From NCBI GenBank assembly GCA_002269645.1, contig NIVC01002269.1:47129-111128 (forward strand): 64,000 bases of DNA. Reading direction: 5' to 3'. This DNA is from Macrostomum lignano. Taxonomy: Eukaryota. The translations under genes were made by a program, and so were the position numbers. Under the pieces are notes generated by a model. That model was given only the letters and a program-made list of their open reading frames with translations. It was not told the origin of the DNA and ran no database searches. This document shows, piece by piece, positions 50,853 to 62,200 of the stretch. Each line of letters opens with the position of its first letter. The first letter of the stretch is position 1.

Positions 50853-51714
50853 TGAAAGCAAAACATATCCTCAAAGCAATATGAGATCGAGCTTTCATCA
50901 ACTGGAAAAGCTTGAGATCTAAGTAAGCTGGAAAGAAAATTTGAGACATCTGCATGGTCTGTTCATCATAAAATTGCTAATTCATGATGACTCCGAACCC
51001 ACCCGGTCCCCAGGGAGAATCGAGACGTGATGCGGAGGTAAGTCACGCCATGGCGCCACGTTTCCAACTGGGCGAACCCGAGCCGAGCCGCCTGCCAGCC
51101 AGAGGAACCACCTTCGTGCCCCGAATCGCCTCATCTCTACTACAGACAGTTCAAGCTAAGGCAGCGACATCTTTTCCTCTTTCCTCTCTCGCTCCGGTCG
51201 GACCTGCTGCAGCCTGGCCTGCCGGATTATTGTGTAGAAAGACGAGGGTCGCGAAGGAGAGAAGGAAAAGACGGAGCTCAGAAAAAAGCGCCGGATTTGG
51301 ATTGGCCTGCTCGAAAATTCTTATTTTCTTTCTCCCCAAGAGAAAGAAGGGATAAAAATCCTCACTGATCCCGGTTCTCCTCTCTGCGGAGAGGCTGGGC
51401 AGAGCTACGCGAATTTCAATCGAATTTCGGCATCTTTCGATAAGACATCGGGTATTAAAGGTTGAAATAGATTTTTGTGAGTACACGAATTAATTAATTT
51501 TTGTCTGTAATATATATTTCTCAATTCGATTTCCCAACATTCCGCAGTTTTCTTTAGCTTCACACAGTTCCAAATTCTAGGCTTTTTTTGTAGTTTATAC
51601 CTTTTTCTACAGCTATCCAAATCAGTCTCCTAGAATTCTTCCCTGGAATTTCAGTTACAGTTCGACAAAGTTCTTATATTTCCCACGGTTTAAAATTTGT
51701 AACTTTCTACACTT

Positions 51715-52455
51715 TCGTACAGTTTCACACAGTTCCCTACAGTTTCACACAGTTCCCTACAGTTTCACACAATTCCCTACAGTTTCACACAGTTCCCTAC
51801 AGTTTCACATAGTTCCCCACAGTTTCACATAGTTCCCTACAGTTTCACACAGTTCCCTACAGTTTCACACAGTTCCCCACAGTTTCACATAGTTCCCTAC
51901 AGTTTCACACAGTTCCCTACAGTTTCACACAGTTCCCTACAGTTTCACACAGTTCCCTACAGTTTCACACAGTTCCCCACAGTTTCACATAGTTCCCTAC
52001 AGTTTCACACAGTTCCCTACAGTTTCACACAGTTCCCTACAGTTTCACACAGTTCCCTACAGTTCCCCACAGTTCCCCACAGTTTCACAGAGTTCCCTAC
52101 AGTTTCACACAGTTCCCCACAGTCTCACACAGTTCCCTACAGTTTCACACAGTTCCCTACAGTTTCACACAGTTCCCTACAGTTTCACACAGTTCCCCAC
52201 AGTTTCACACAGTTCCCCACAGTTTCACAGTATTCCCTACAGTTTCACACAGTTCCCTACTGTTTCACACAGTTCCCCACAGTTTCACACAGTTCCCTAC
52301 AGTTTCACACAGTTCCCTACAGTTTCACAGAGTTCCCTACAGTTTCACACAGTTCCCTACAGTTTCACACAGTTCCCCACAGTTTCACACAGTTCCCTAC
52401 AGTTTCACACAGTTCCCTACAGTTTCACAGAGTTCCCTACAGTTTCACACAGTTT
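51715..52455. repeat. 20-bp minisatellite
   Basis: Unit acagtttcacacagttccc(t/c). Confidence 0.95.
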
Positions 52456-52982
52456 GTCGACACTATGAAAATTTTAAGCAGTTTGTCTCGAATATGTAAT
52501 ATACTATCTATAATATTGTGCAGCTTGCACTGTACTTGTATAAACGGAATCGTTATAATGTCAAAATATGTCTACACATGTACTCTAAAGAGTAGCTAGA
52601 AGCCCAGGCCCGTATCAGACTGTGACTCCCGAGCTGTGTCAACATTGCTTCAGAGATATTCAGCTATATGTATATGCAATAGTTACCAACGCTACTACTA
52701 CTATACTAAATGAATCAATGCTTGCTCCACAGCGGAGGTCGAAGTTGAAGTCGAACTTTTCATAAGATCAATAATTCCACACTTGAGCTTAGCAACCTAG
52801 CCAGGTTGACAGGCAGCCCATGGAGGCGAGTGTTAATGGCATCGAATCCACTTATGGCGAATTCTTTTTCACTTTTTGGCGACCTATTTTTAGGCCATAA
52901 AAATCAATTTGTTTCTTACGAGCTTTAAGGCTTGCATAGTCTTACATTTTATAGACGATGTGACTAAAAGCATTGAACTGAC

Positions 52983-53950
52983 CAGGGGTCGGCAAACTCC
53001 GGTCCGCGAAGCCTCTCTATCCGGCCCTCGGGTCCTTTGAAACTTCACAATAGCAATCTGGCCTGCTCAGGGGTTGTCTCTTCTCCACAGTCTCCTCTCT
53101 CCCCTCTCCTCTATCCCCTCTCCTCTCTCCCCTCTCCTCTCTCCCCTCTCCTCTCTCCCCTCTCCTCTCTCCCCTCTTCTCTCTCCCCTCTTCTCTCTCC
53201 CCTCTCCTCTCTCCCCTCTTTTCTCTCCCTCTCCTCTCTCCCCTCTTCTCTCTCCCCTCTTCTCTCTCCCCTTTCCTCTCTCCCTCTCCTCTCTCTCCTC
53301 TCCTATCTCCCCCTTTTTCTCTCCCTCTCCTCTCTCCCCTCTCCTCTCTCCCCTCTCCTATCTCCCCTTTTCTCTCTCCCCTCTCCTCTCTCCCCTCTCC
53401 TCTCTCCCCTCTCCTCTCTCCCCTCTCCTCTCTCCCCTCTCCTATCTCCCCTCTTCTCTCTCCCCTCTCCTCTATCCCCTCTCCCCTCTCCTCTCTCCCC
53501 TCTCCCCTCTCCTCTCTCCCCTCTCCTCTCTCTCCTCTCCTATCTCCCCTCTTCTCTCTCCCCTCTCCTCTCTCCCTTCTACTCTCTCCCCTCTCCTCTC
53601 TCCCCTCTCCTCTCTCCCCTCTCCTCTCTCCCCTCTCCTCTCTCTCCTCTCCTATCTCCCCTCTCCTCTCTCCCCTCTCCTCTCTCCCCTCTCCTCTCTC
53701 CTCTCTCCTCTCTCCTCTCTCCTCTCTCCTCTCTCCCCTCTCCTTTCTCTCCTCTCTCCCCTCTCCCCTCTCCTCTCTCCCATCTCCTCTCTCCTCTCTC
53801 CCCTCTCCTCTATTCCCTCTCATCTCTTCCCTCTCCTCTATTCCCTCTTCTCTCTCCCCTCTCCTCTCTCCCCTCACCCCTCTCCTCTCTTCCCTCTCCC
53901 CTATCATCAATCCTTTCATCCTCTCTCTCCTCTTCTCTCTCTCTGTTATT
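52983..53950 (+). mobile_element. hAT-like end (copy 2) followed by an ~860-bp CT-rich low-complexity tract
   Basis: CAGGGGTCGGCAAACTCCGGTCCGCGAAGC...GAAACTTCACAATAGCAATCTGGCC then (ctcctctctccc)-like repeats from about 53090. Confidence 0.6.
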
Positions 53951-54454
53951 ATCTCTTCTTTATTGAATATTTAATATCAATTTTTAATTATTGAATATTA
54001 AAAAAACTAAAATCAGCGATTTATTGTAGATATTTTCAATAAAAAAGTCTAACCATATTCAATTTCCGGAGAAAAGTATGTAAAATAATTTTCACTCAGA
54101 TAGAAATGGCGTCAGCAGGGTTCTTGATTAAAAGTACATTCGCTAATACCACTCAATCGCTGGCTAGTGGGTAAGTTAAGACTGTGCATTAATCTGCTTA
54201 GGAAAGCTCATTTCATTACTGATCTTGGGCGTTATAAAAATATGAAAATTAAATTGCTAAAGCCACCCTTAGCTGGGAGTCATGAATCCCTGATACTCTC
54301 CGTGATTCCTAAATACTGTAGTTTAATTTCTCATGCCTAAGCCTCGCTAATGAAACGTCTTGAGCACACGCTTAACTCAATACCTTATTGAAATTCCCTT
54401 ATTCATTGGAACTAACAAGCGAGAAGAGTGCAGATTTTAAATAATATGTGTACC

Positions 54455-55670
54455 GGTTTTTCTTCCCATTCGCAGTATTTTCATTCATTCACAGTTTCTC
54501 TCTCCATTCACATTTTCTCTTTCCATTCACAGTTTCTCTATCCATTCACAGTTTCTCTTTCCATTCACAGTTTCTCTATCCATTCACAGTTACTCTTTCC
54601 ATTCACAGTTTCTCTATCCATTCACAGTTTCTCTATCCATTCACAGTTACTCTTTCCATTCACAGTTTCTCTATCCATTCACAGTTTCTCTATCCATTCA
54701 CAGTTTCTCTCTCGGCTCACAGTTTCTCTTTCCATTCACAGTTTCTCTATCCATTCACAGTTTCTCTTTCCATTCACAGTTTCTCTTTCCATTCACAGTT
54801 TCTCTTTCCATTCACAGTTTCTCTTTCCATTCACAGTTTCTCTCTCCATTCACAGTTTTTCTATTCAGTCACAGTTTCTCTTCCATTCACAGTTTCTCTC
54901 TCCATTCACAGTTTTTCTATTCAGTCACAGTTTCTCTTCCATTCACAGTTTCTCTATCCATTTACAGTTTCTCTCTCCATTCACAGTTTTTCTATTCAGT
55001 CACAGTTTCTCTTCCATTCACAGTTTCTCTATCCATTTACAGTTTCTCTATCCATTCACAGTTTCTCTTTCCATTCACAGTTTCTCAATCCATTCACAGT
55101 TTCTCAATCCATTCACAGTTTCTCTTTCCATTTACAGTTTCTCTCTCCATTCACAGTTTCTCTATCCATTTACAGTTTCTCTATCCATTCACAGTTTCTC
55201 TTTCCATTCACAGTTCCTCTATCCATTCACAGTTTCTCTATCCATTCACAGTTTCTCTATCCATTCACAGTTTCTCTATCCATTCACAGTTTCTCTTTCC
55301 GTTCACAGTTTCTCTTTCAATTCACAGTTTCTCTTTCCATTCACAGTTTCTCTTTCCATTCACAGTTCCTCTCTCCATTTACACAGTCCCCTCCATTCAC
55401 AGTTCCTCTCTCCATTCACACAGACCCCTCCATTCACACAGTCCCCTTCATTCACAGTGTCCCCTCCATTCACACGGTCCCCTCCATTCACACGGTCCCC
55501 TCCATTCACACAGTCCCCTCCATTCACACAGTCCCCTCCATTCACACAGTCCCCTCCATTCACACAGTCCCCTCCATTCACACAGTCCCCTCCATTCACA
55601 CAGTCCCCTCCATTCACAGTGTCCCCTCCATTCACACAGTCCCCTCTATTCACACAGTCCCCTCCATTAA
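54455..55670. repeat. Array A: 19-bp minisatellite grading into an 18-bp variant
   Basis: ccattcacagtttctct(a/t)t units, then ccattcacacagtcccct. A second copy lies at 58225-59216. Confidence 0.93.
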
Positions 55671-55979
55671 CAGTAGTGTCATTTTTACGCGTAGAAATTT
55701 AACCTTCAATATTCATTCAACCGTCATCAGAAGTTCTGTGCTCATAAGGCAATATGCCTAAAGCTCTAGAGATCGTAATCGAACTTTATTCAAATCTACT
55801 TTATATCAATTTTTGCAACATCATTTTTCGCTCGACAGAACCCATATTGTCAAGCAAAAATTAAAAAACACCGCAGACTTTCACTAAACGATGGACGAGC
55901 CTCAAGGATCAGTGGCCAGAGAGAGGTGAGTCACCAAAAATGCACACATATACTACTGCGGTGTGCATTCTGACCCGAG

Positions 55980-57124
55980 CACTCACTGAGCATGTGCACT
56001 CGCTGGGCATGTGCAGTCACTGAGCATGTGCAGTCACTGAGCATGTGCACTCACTGAGCATGTGCAGTCACTGAGCATGTGCAGTCACTGAGCATGTGCA
56101 CTCACTGAGCATGTGCACTCACTGAGCATGTGCAGTCACTGAGCATGTGCAGTCACTGAGCATGTGCAGTCACTGAGCATGTGCACTCACTGAGCATGTG
56201 CAGTCACTGAGCATGTGCAGTCACTGAGCATGTGCACTCACTGAGCATGTGCACTCACTGAGCATGTGCAGTCACTGAGCATGTGCACTCACTGGGCATG
56301 TGCAGTCACTGAGCATGTGCACTCACTGAGCATGTGCACTCACTGAGCATGTGCAGTCACTGAGCATGTGCACTCACTGGGCATGTGCAGTCACTGAGCA
56401 TGTGCACTCGCTGGGCATGTGCAGTCACTGAGCATGTGCACTCACTGAGCATGTGCAGTCACTGAGCATGTGCACTCACTGAGCATGTGCACTCACTGAG
56501 CATGTGCAGTCACTGAGCATGTGCACTCACTGAGCATGTGCAGTCACTGAGCATGTGCAGTCACTGAGCATGTGCAATCACTGAGCATGTGCAATCACTG
56601 AGCATGTGCACACACTAAGCATGTATCAATACACTCACTGAGCATGTGCAGTCACTGAGCATGTGCAGTCACTGAGCATGTGCACTCACTGAGCATGTGC
56701 AATCACTGAGCATGTGCACTCACTGAGCATGTGCAATCACTGAGCATGTATCAATACACTCACTGAGCATGTGCAGTCACTGAGCATGTATCAATACACT
56801 CACTAAGCATGTGCACACACTGAGCATGTATCAATACACTCACTGAGCATGTGCAGTCACTGAGCATGTGCAGTCACTGAGCATGTGCACTCACTGAGCA
56901 TGTGCAATCACTGAGCATGTGCACTCACTGAGCATGTGCAGTCACTGAGCATGTGCAGTCACTGAGCATGTGCAATCACTGAGCATGTGCAGTCACTGAG
57001 CATGTGCACTCACTGAGCATGTATCAATACACTCACTGAGCATGTGCAGTCACTGAGCATGTGCACTCACTGAGCATGTATCAATACACTCACTGAGCAT
57101 GTGCAGTCACTGAGCATGTGCACT
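55980..57124. repeat. Array B: 17-bp near-palindromic minisatellite, continuing at 58175-58222
   Basis: Unit cactgagcatgtgca(g/c)t. Confidence 0.95.
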
Positions 57125-58174
57125 TGTTATACTCGCGGGCTGCGATCTCGTCTAGCCCGGTCGTTTTGTTTCCCCGGGGTAGCGGGTTCGGTGCGGGACT
57201 GCCCCGGGCGCGCGGCGGAGGGATGGACGGAGGACGAACGACTGGCGCTTCTCGAGGCGGATGGCCACTCCGAGGGGAAGAGGAAGAGATGCGACCCGGG
57301 GCGCACAGGCACTCCTTGGTCACGGAAGGCTCGGGGTACTTCCGCGGTCAGCGGAGCGGATAGCCACTCAGAGCCGGCCCGGGAGTCACCGAGGTGAATG
57401 TGGAACGAGGTGAAGGTGAAGGATTGGCCGGGGCGTACAGACACTCCAGACCAATCAAGAGATACGAGGTGATGGATTAGCTGGGGCGTACAGACACTCC
57501 AAGCCAATCGAAGAGTGCAGGTGAGCAAGGGGGTGAGTAGGTGAAGCGATGAGGCGGCGAGGATGGAGGGAAGACACGTGCAGAGAGCCCCAAAAAACGC
57601 GAACGCAACCCGAATAAACGTAATTTAAGCTCACCGGGCGGGGTCAAATCGACTCATGCAACGCAGTTTATTTGGCCGTAGTAACTGTTCTGGCAGCTCG
57701 GAGACGGCGGGTGGCACGGATTAGCTTGCTACGAAGTGTTCCGATAGTTTGCAGGGCTCGTGCAGTTTTGTACTTTTATGATAGTTTTCTTACTCAGTTG
57801 CTGGTGTAGCTCTAACCGCAAAAACCAAGCCGCGTGCCACCGGCCGGCTCCAAGCCAGCTAATAAATAGTATGCCAAAAAATGGGGGAGTGGGCCAAACC
57901 GGCCTGAGCGCAAATACTCACACAACAGACCCCGCGAGCACCCCACCCTAGCCCAGCCAATCAAAACACGCGCTGGGTAAGGCTTTACGCACGAGGGGGG
58001 GGGTTAGAAAAGCGAGGGTCTGCCGGCCCAGCCAGCCAATCAGACCACACGCCGGCTGCCTAAAACCAAAGCCGGCTGAACCAACTCAAACCAGCTAGGC
58101 CGACAGACCGGGCGGTTCGCATGCACCAAAAAAAAAATGTTGATGAGAAGGTCATTGTGGCGCAGGCCACAACA
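57125..58174 (-). mobile_element. Solo LTR, 1050 bp, inserted in array B, 4-bp TSD CACT
   Basis: Ends TGTT...AACA, with CACT at 57121-57124 and 58175-58178. Removing the LTR and one TSD restores the 17-bp register. The right end caggccacaaca equals the PPT-adjacent end at 59239-59250. Confidence 0.8.
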
Positions 58175-58224
58175 CACTCACTGAGCATGTGCACTCACTG
58201 AGCATGTGCAGTCACTGAGCATGA

Positions 58225-59216
58225 GCGGTTTTTCTTCCCATTCGCAGTATTTTCATTCATTCACAGTTTCTCTCTCCATTCACATTTTCTCTTTCCATTC
58301 ACAGTTTCTCTATCCATTCACAGTTTCTCTTTCCATTCACAGTTTCTCTATCCATTCACAGTTACTCTTTCCATTCACAGTTTCTCTATCCATTCACAGT
58401 TTCTCTATCCATTCAAAGTTACTCTTTCCATTCACAGTTTCTCTATCCATTCACAGTTTCTCTATCCATTCACAGTTTCTCTCTCGGCTCACAGTTTCTC
58501 TTCCCATTCACAGTTTCTCTATCCATTCACAGTTTCTCTATCCATTCACAGTTACTCTTTCCATTCACAGTTTCTCTATCCATTCACAGTTTCTCTATCC
58601 ATTCACAGTTTCTCTATCCATTCACAGTTTCTCTCTCGGCTCACAGTTTCTCTTCCTATTCACAGTTTCTCTATCCATTCACAGTTTCTCTATTCATTCA
58701 CAGTTTCTCTATCCATTCACAGTTTCTCTATCCATTCACAGTTTCTCTATCCATTCACAGTTTCTCTATCCATTCACAGTTTCTCTTTCCATTCACAGTT
58801 TTTCTTCCCATTCACAGTTTCTCTTCCCATTCACAGTTTCTCTATCCATTCACAGTTTCTCTATCCATTCACAGTTTCTCTATCCATTCACAGTTTCTCT
58901 TTCCATTCACAGTTTTTCTTCCCATTCACAGTTTCTCTCTCCATATACAGTGTCCCCTCCATTCACAGTTTCTCTTTCCATTCACAGTTCCTCTCTCCAT
59001 TCACAGTGTCCCCTCCATTCACACAGTCCCTTCCAATCACACAATCCCCTCCATTCACACAGCCCCCTCCATTCACAGTTCCTCTCTCCATTCACACAGT
59101 CCCCTCCATTCACACAGTCCCCTCCATTCACAGTTCCTCTCTCCATTCACAGTGTCCCCTCCATTCACACAGTCCCCTGCAATCACACAGTCCCCTCCAT
59201 TCACACAGTCCCCTCT
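58225..59216. repeat. Array A', second copy of array A
   Basis: Same lead-in cggtttt..cttcccattcgcagtatttt and the same variant order (including tcggctcacag) over the first ~270 bp. Confidence 0.9.
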
Positions 59217-59238
59217 GTGTGTAGAGGGGACTGTGCCA

Positions 59239-62200
59239 CAGGCCACAACACCCTCCCCCGCAAAAAAACAAAAAAGGAAAAACACAAAAAAAAGAAAAGA
59301 ACAACGCGATGACTCAAGCAACAGCAAAAAAACGTACTGTACGTGCCGCGATGTGATCATGACGCAACTGGCAGGGGAGAATGACATAATGACGCAAATG
59401 GCAAAGGAGAATGACATAATGACGCAAATGGCAAATGGCGCGGGAGAGTGGGCTACTGGCGTCGGACAGCGGGCCGCAGGTGTCGGAAAGCGGGCCGCAG
59501 ACGCCGGACAACGGGCCGCAGACGCCGGACAACGGGCCGCCGACGCCGGACAGCGGGACGCAGACGCCGGAAAGCGGGCCGCAAGCGTCGGACAGCGGGA
59601 TGCAGGCGCCGGACAGCGGGCCGCAGACGCCGGACAGCGGGCCGCAGATGCCGGACAGCGGGCCGCAGACGCCGGACAACGGGCCGCAGACGTCGGACAA
59701 CGGGCCGCAGACGCCGGACAGCGGCCGCAGACGCCGGAAAGCGGGCCGCAAGCGTCGGACAGCGGGACGCCGGCGCCGGACAGCGGGCCGCAGATGCCGG
59801 ACAGCGGGCCGCAGACGCCGGACAACGGGCCGCAGACGCCGGACAACGGGCCGCAGACGCCGGACAGCGGGACGCAGACGCCGGACAGCGGGTCGCAGGC
59901 GTCGGAAAGCAGGCCGCAGTCGTCGGGAAGCGGGGCCGCAGGCGTTGGACACGCACTCCCACTCCTCTGTCAGCCCTCGTCTCAATGAATCTTAGGGACT
60001 ACCCGGTGAGCTTCCGGGACACGCATTCGCATTCGAAGGGGACGACTATGATAAGATGAAGATGAAAAGGGAACAGAAGACACCGCTTCCCAGCCCGTCC
60101 GCACCGACCCCCCTACCCGCGATCCAGGCCAATCCCCGCAGCAGCCCCAGCAGACGCCAAAAGATGAACTGGGCGGTGGATGACGCAAAATGACGGTAAC
60201 TAGGCGGTTGATGACGCAAAATTACGATAACTGGCCCGCGCCCTAGTAGTACAGAGGCACCCCGTAGCGCTGCGGAACCCTTCGAGTCCGGAGTGGCCGG
60301 CCCGCCCTTGTATCGCCGGTCTCCTCTCTCTCGGGCGCTTCTTCCCCAGGCGCTTCCACCTCCAGCGCTTCCATCTCCGGTGCTTCCATCTCCGGTGCTT
60401 CCATCTCAGGCGCTTCCATCTCAGGCGCTTCCATATCCGGTGCTTCCATCTCAGGCGCTTCTATCTCAGGCGCTTCCATCCGTCTCTGCCACTGGTATTC
60501 ACCGTCGTCCTCAGATTCCTCCGGCTCCTCGCCCGCTAGTTCCGCTTCCGCAGCAGGGTCGGGCTGCCGCTCCATCCGGGGAGCTCGACGGGGCCCTTTA
60601 GCGTCGTCAACGGGTTTCGCCCGGTAGCGAGGCAAGAGATTGTTGAAGTGCACCACCTTTGTCGGCTTCCGTCGGCCTTCCTGTCGGATCCTGTAGCGAG
60701 TTTCTGATAGCCGATCTAAGACGACGGCTGGTCCCGACCACGGTGAATGGAGCTTCGCCTTCGCACCGGGTTTCAGTACCGGATTGTACACGTACACCTC
60801 GTCCCCGGGAGCGAACTCTCGACCTTTCACCTTCCTGTCATACCAATCCTTCTGCACTCTCTGATAGGACGCTGTCTTCTCCCGTACTTCTCGGTGAGCT
60901 TCCTCGAGAATCTCTCGCAGGTACTGAACTTCCTCGTAATATGGCTCGATCTCCCGGGGCCGGGCTATTCCTATATCAACTGGTAGGGCCATCTCGTGGC
61001 CGTGCAGAAGAAAAAACGGCGTATATCCCGTACCACGATGAACGCTCGAACGGTACGCCATGAGTGCGGCGCATACGAACTCGTCCCATCTCTTCTGATC
61101 AGGCGCATCGACAAGATGGCTACGAAGCACTGCCGTCAGCGTCTTATTGAAACTCTCGACCTGTCCGTTCCCCGCAGGGTGATAGGCAGTCGTCCGAGTC
61201 TTCCGAATATTCAGATTCTCACATAGTTGGCTGACTAACTGGGACTCAAAGTTGGCTCCCTGATCGGAGTGGTTAATCCCGGGTGTCCAGTAATGGCAGA
61301 TCCACTCTTCCAGCATCGCCCTCGCACAGGTGCTCGCCGTTTGGTCTGGCACGGGGACAGCCACCGGCCATTTGCTGTACGCGTCTTGCATTGTTAAAAC
61401 GTATTTGTTGCCGCGATTGCTGGTCGGTAACGGCCCGATTAAGTCCACCATTACTCTTTCGAATGCTCTGTTGCTCGCGATGGGCTCCAAGGGTGCTCTT
61501 CGACGCATTCGCGGTTTGCTCCGGTTGCAGACATCGCATCTCCTCACGTACTCCTCGACTTCCCGCTTGAGACCCGGTCTCCAAAATCGGCTTCTGATTT
61601 TTTCGATTGTTTTCTTGACTCCGAAATGTCCTCCACCTGGGCCGCAGTGAAGAGCTTGCAGGACTTCGCCGACCATAGCCTTCGGCAGCACAATCCGTGG
61701 TGCGTAACGCCCGACGCCCTTGATCATGAGTACTCCCTCCGTGAGCTCCAGCTGAGGCATCTGGGCCCAAATGGCCCGAGCCGCCGGCGACGCGTTTCGT
61801 GGTGGCCCCTCGGATACCGCACTGGTTCTCACAGCTGCGCTGCTGGGCCCGATGTCATTGTCGGCCGTCTGTGCTGCCACTAGGTCGCCTGGGTCGATCG
61901 TTCCGCCTAACGCCGTCGCTCGCACCGCGGGGCAGTCGTGAATTTGGCAGGATGGACAGCTGTCCATTTCTGGATGCCGTCGTAGCGGTTTTCGCGACAA
62001 GGCGTCTGCGTTCTGGTGGCGGGCTCCAGGGCGATGCTCCACATAGAAGTCGAAAGGTGCCAGTCGCTCCAACCACCGTGCCAGTTGGCCTTCGGGTTGC
62101 TTCATGCTTCAGATCCATTGCAGGCTGGAGTGATCGGTGCGAACGCGAAACCTTCGACCGAGTAGATAGTACCGGAATTTTTCCACAAACGTCACTACGG

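Noticed and set aside
57220-57440. Myb/SANT-like peptides WTEDERLALLEA and MWNEVKVKDWPGRT
   Set aside because: They are separated by a stop and lie inside the solo LTR among CCAAT-type repeats; probably chance.
59325-59360. PHD-like start KKTYCTCRDV
   Set aside because: No further Cys/His ligands follow, and it lies antisense in the Gypsy 3' UTR.
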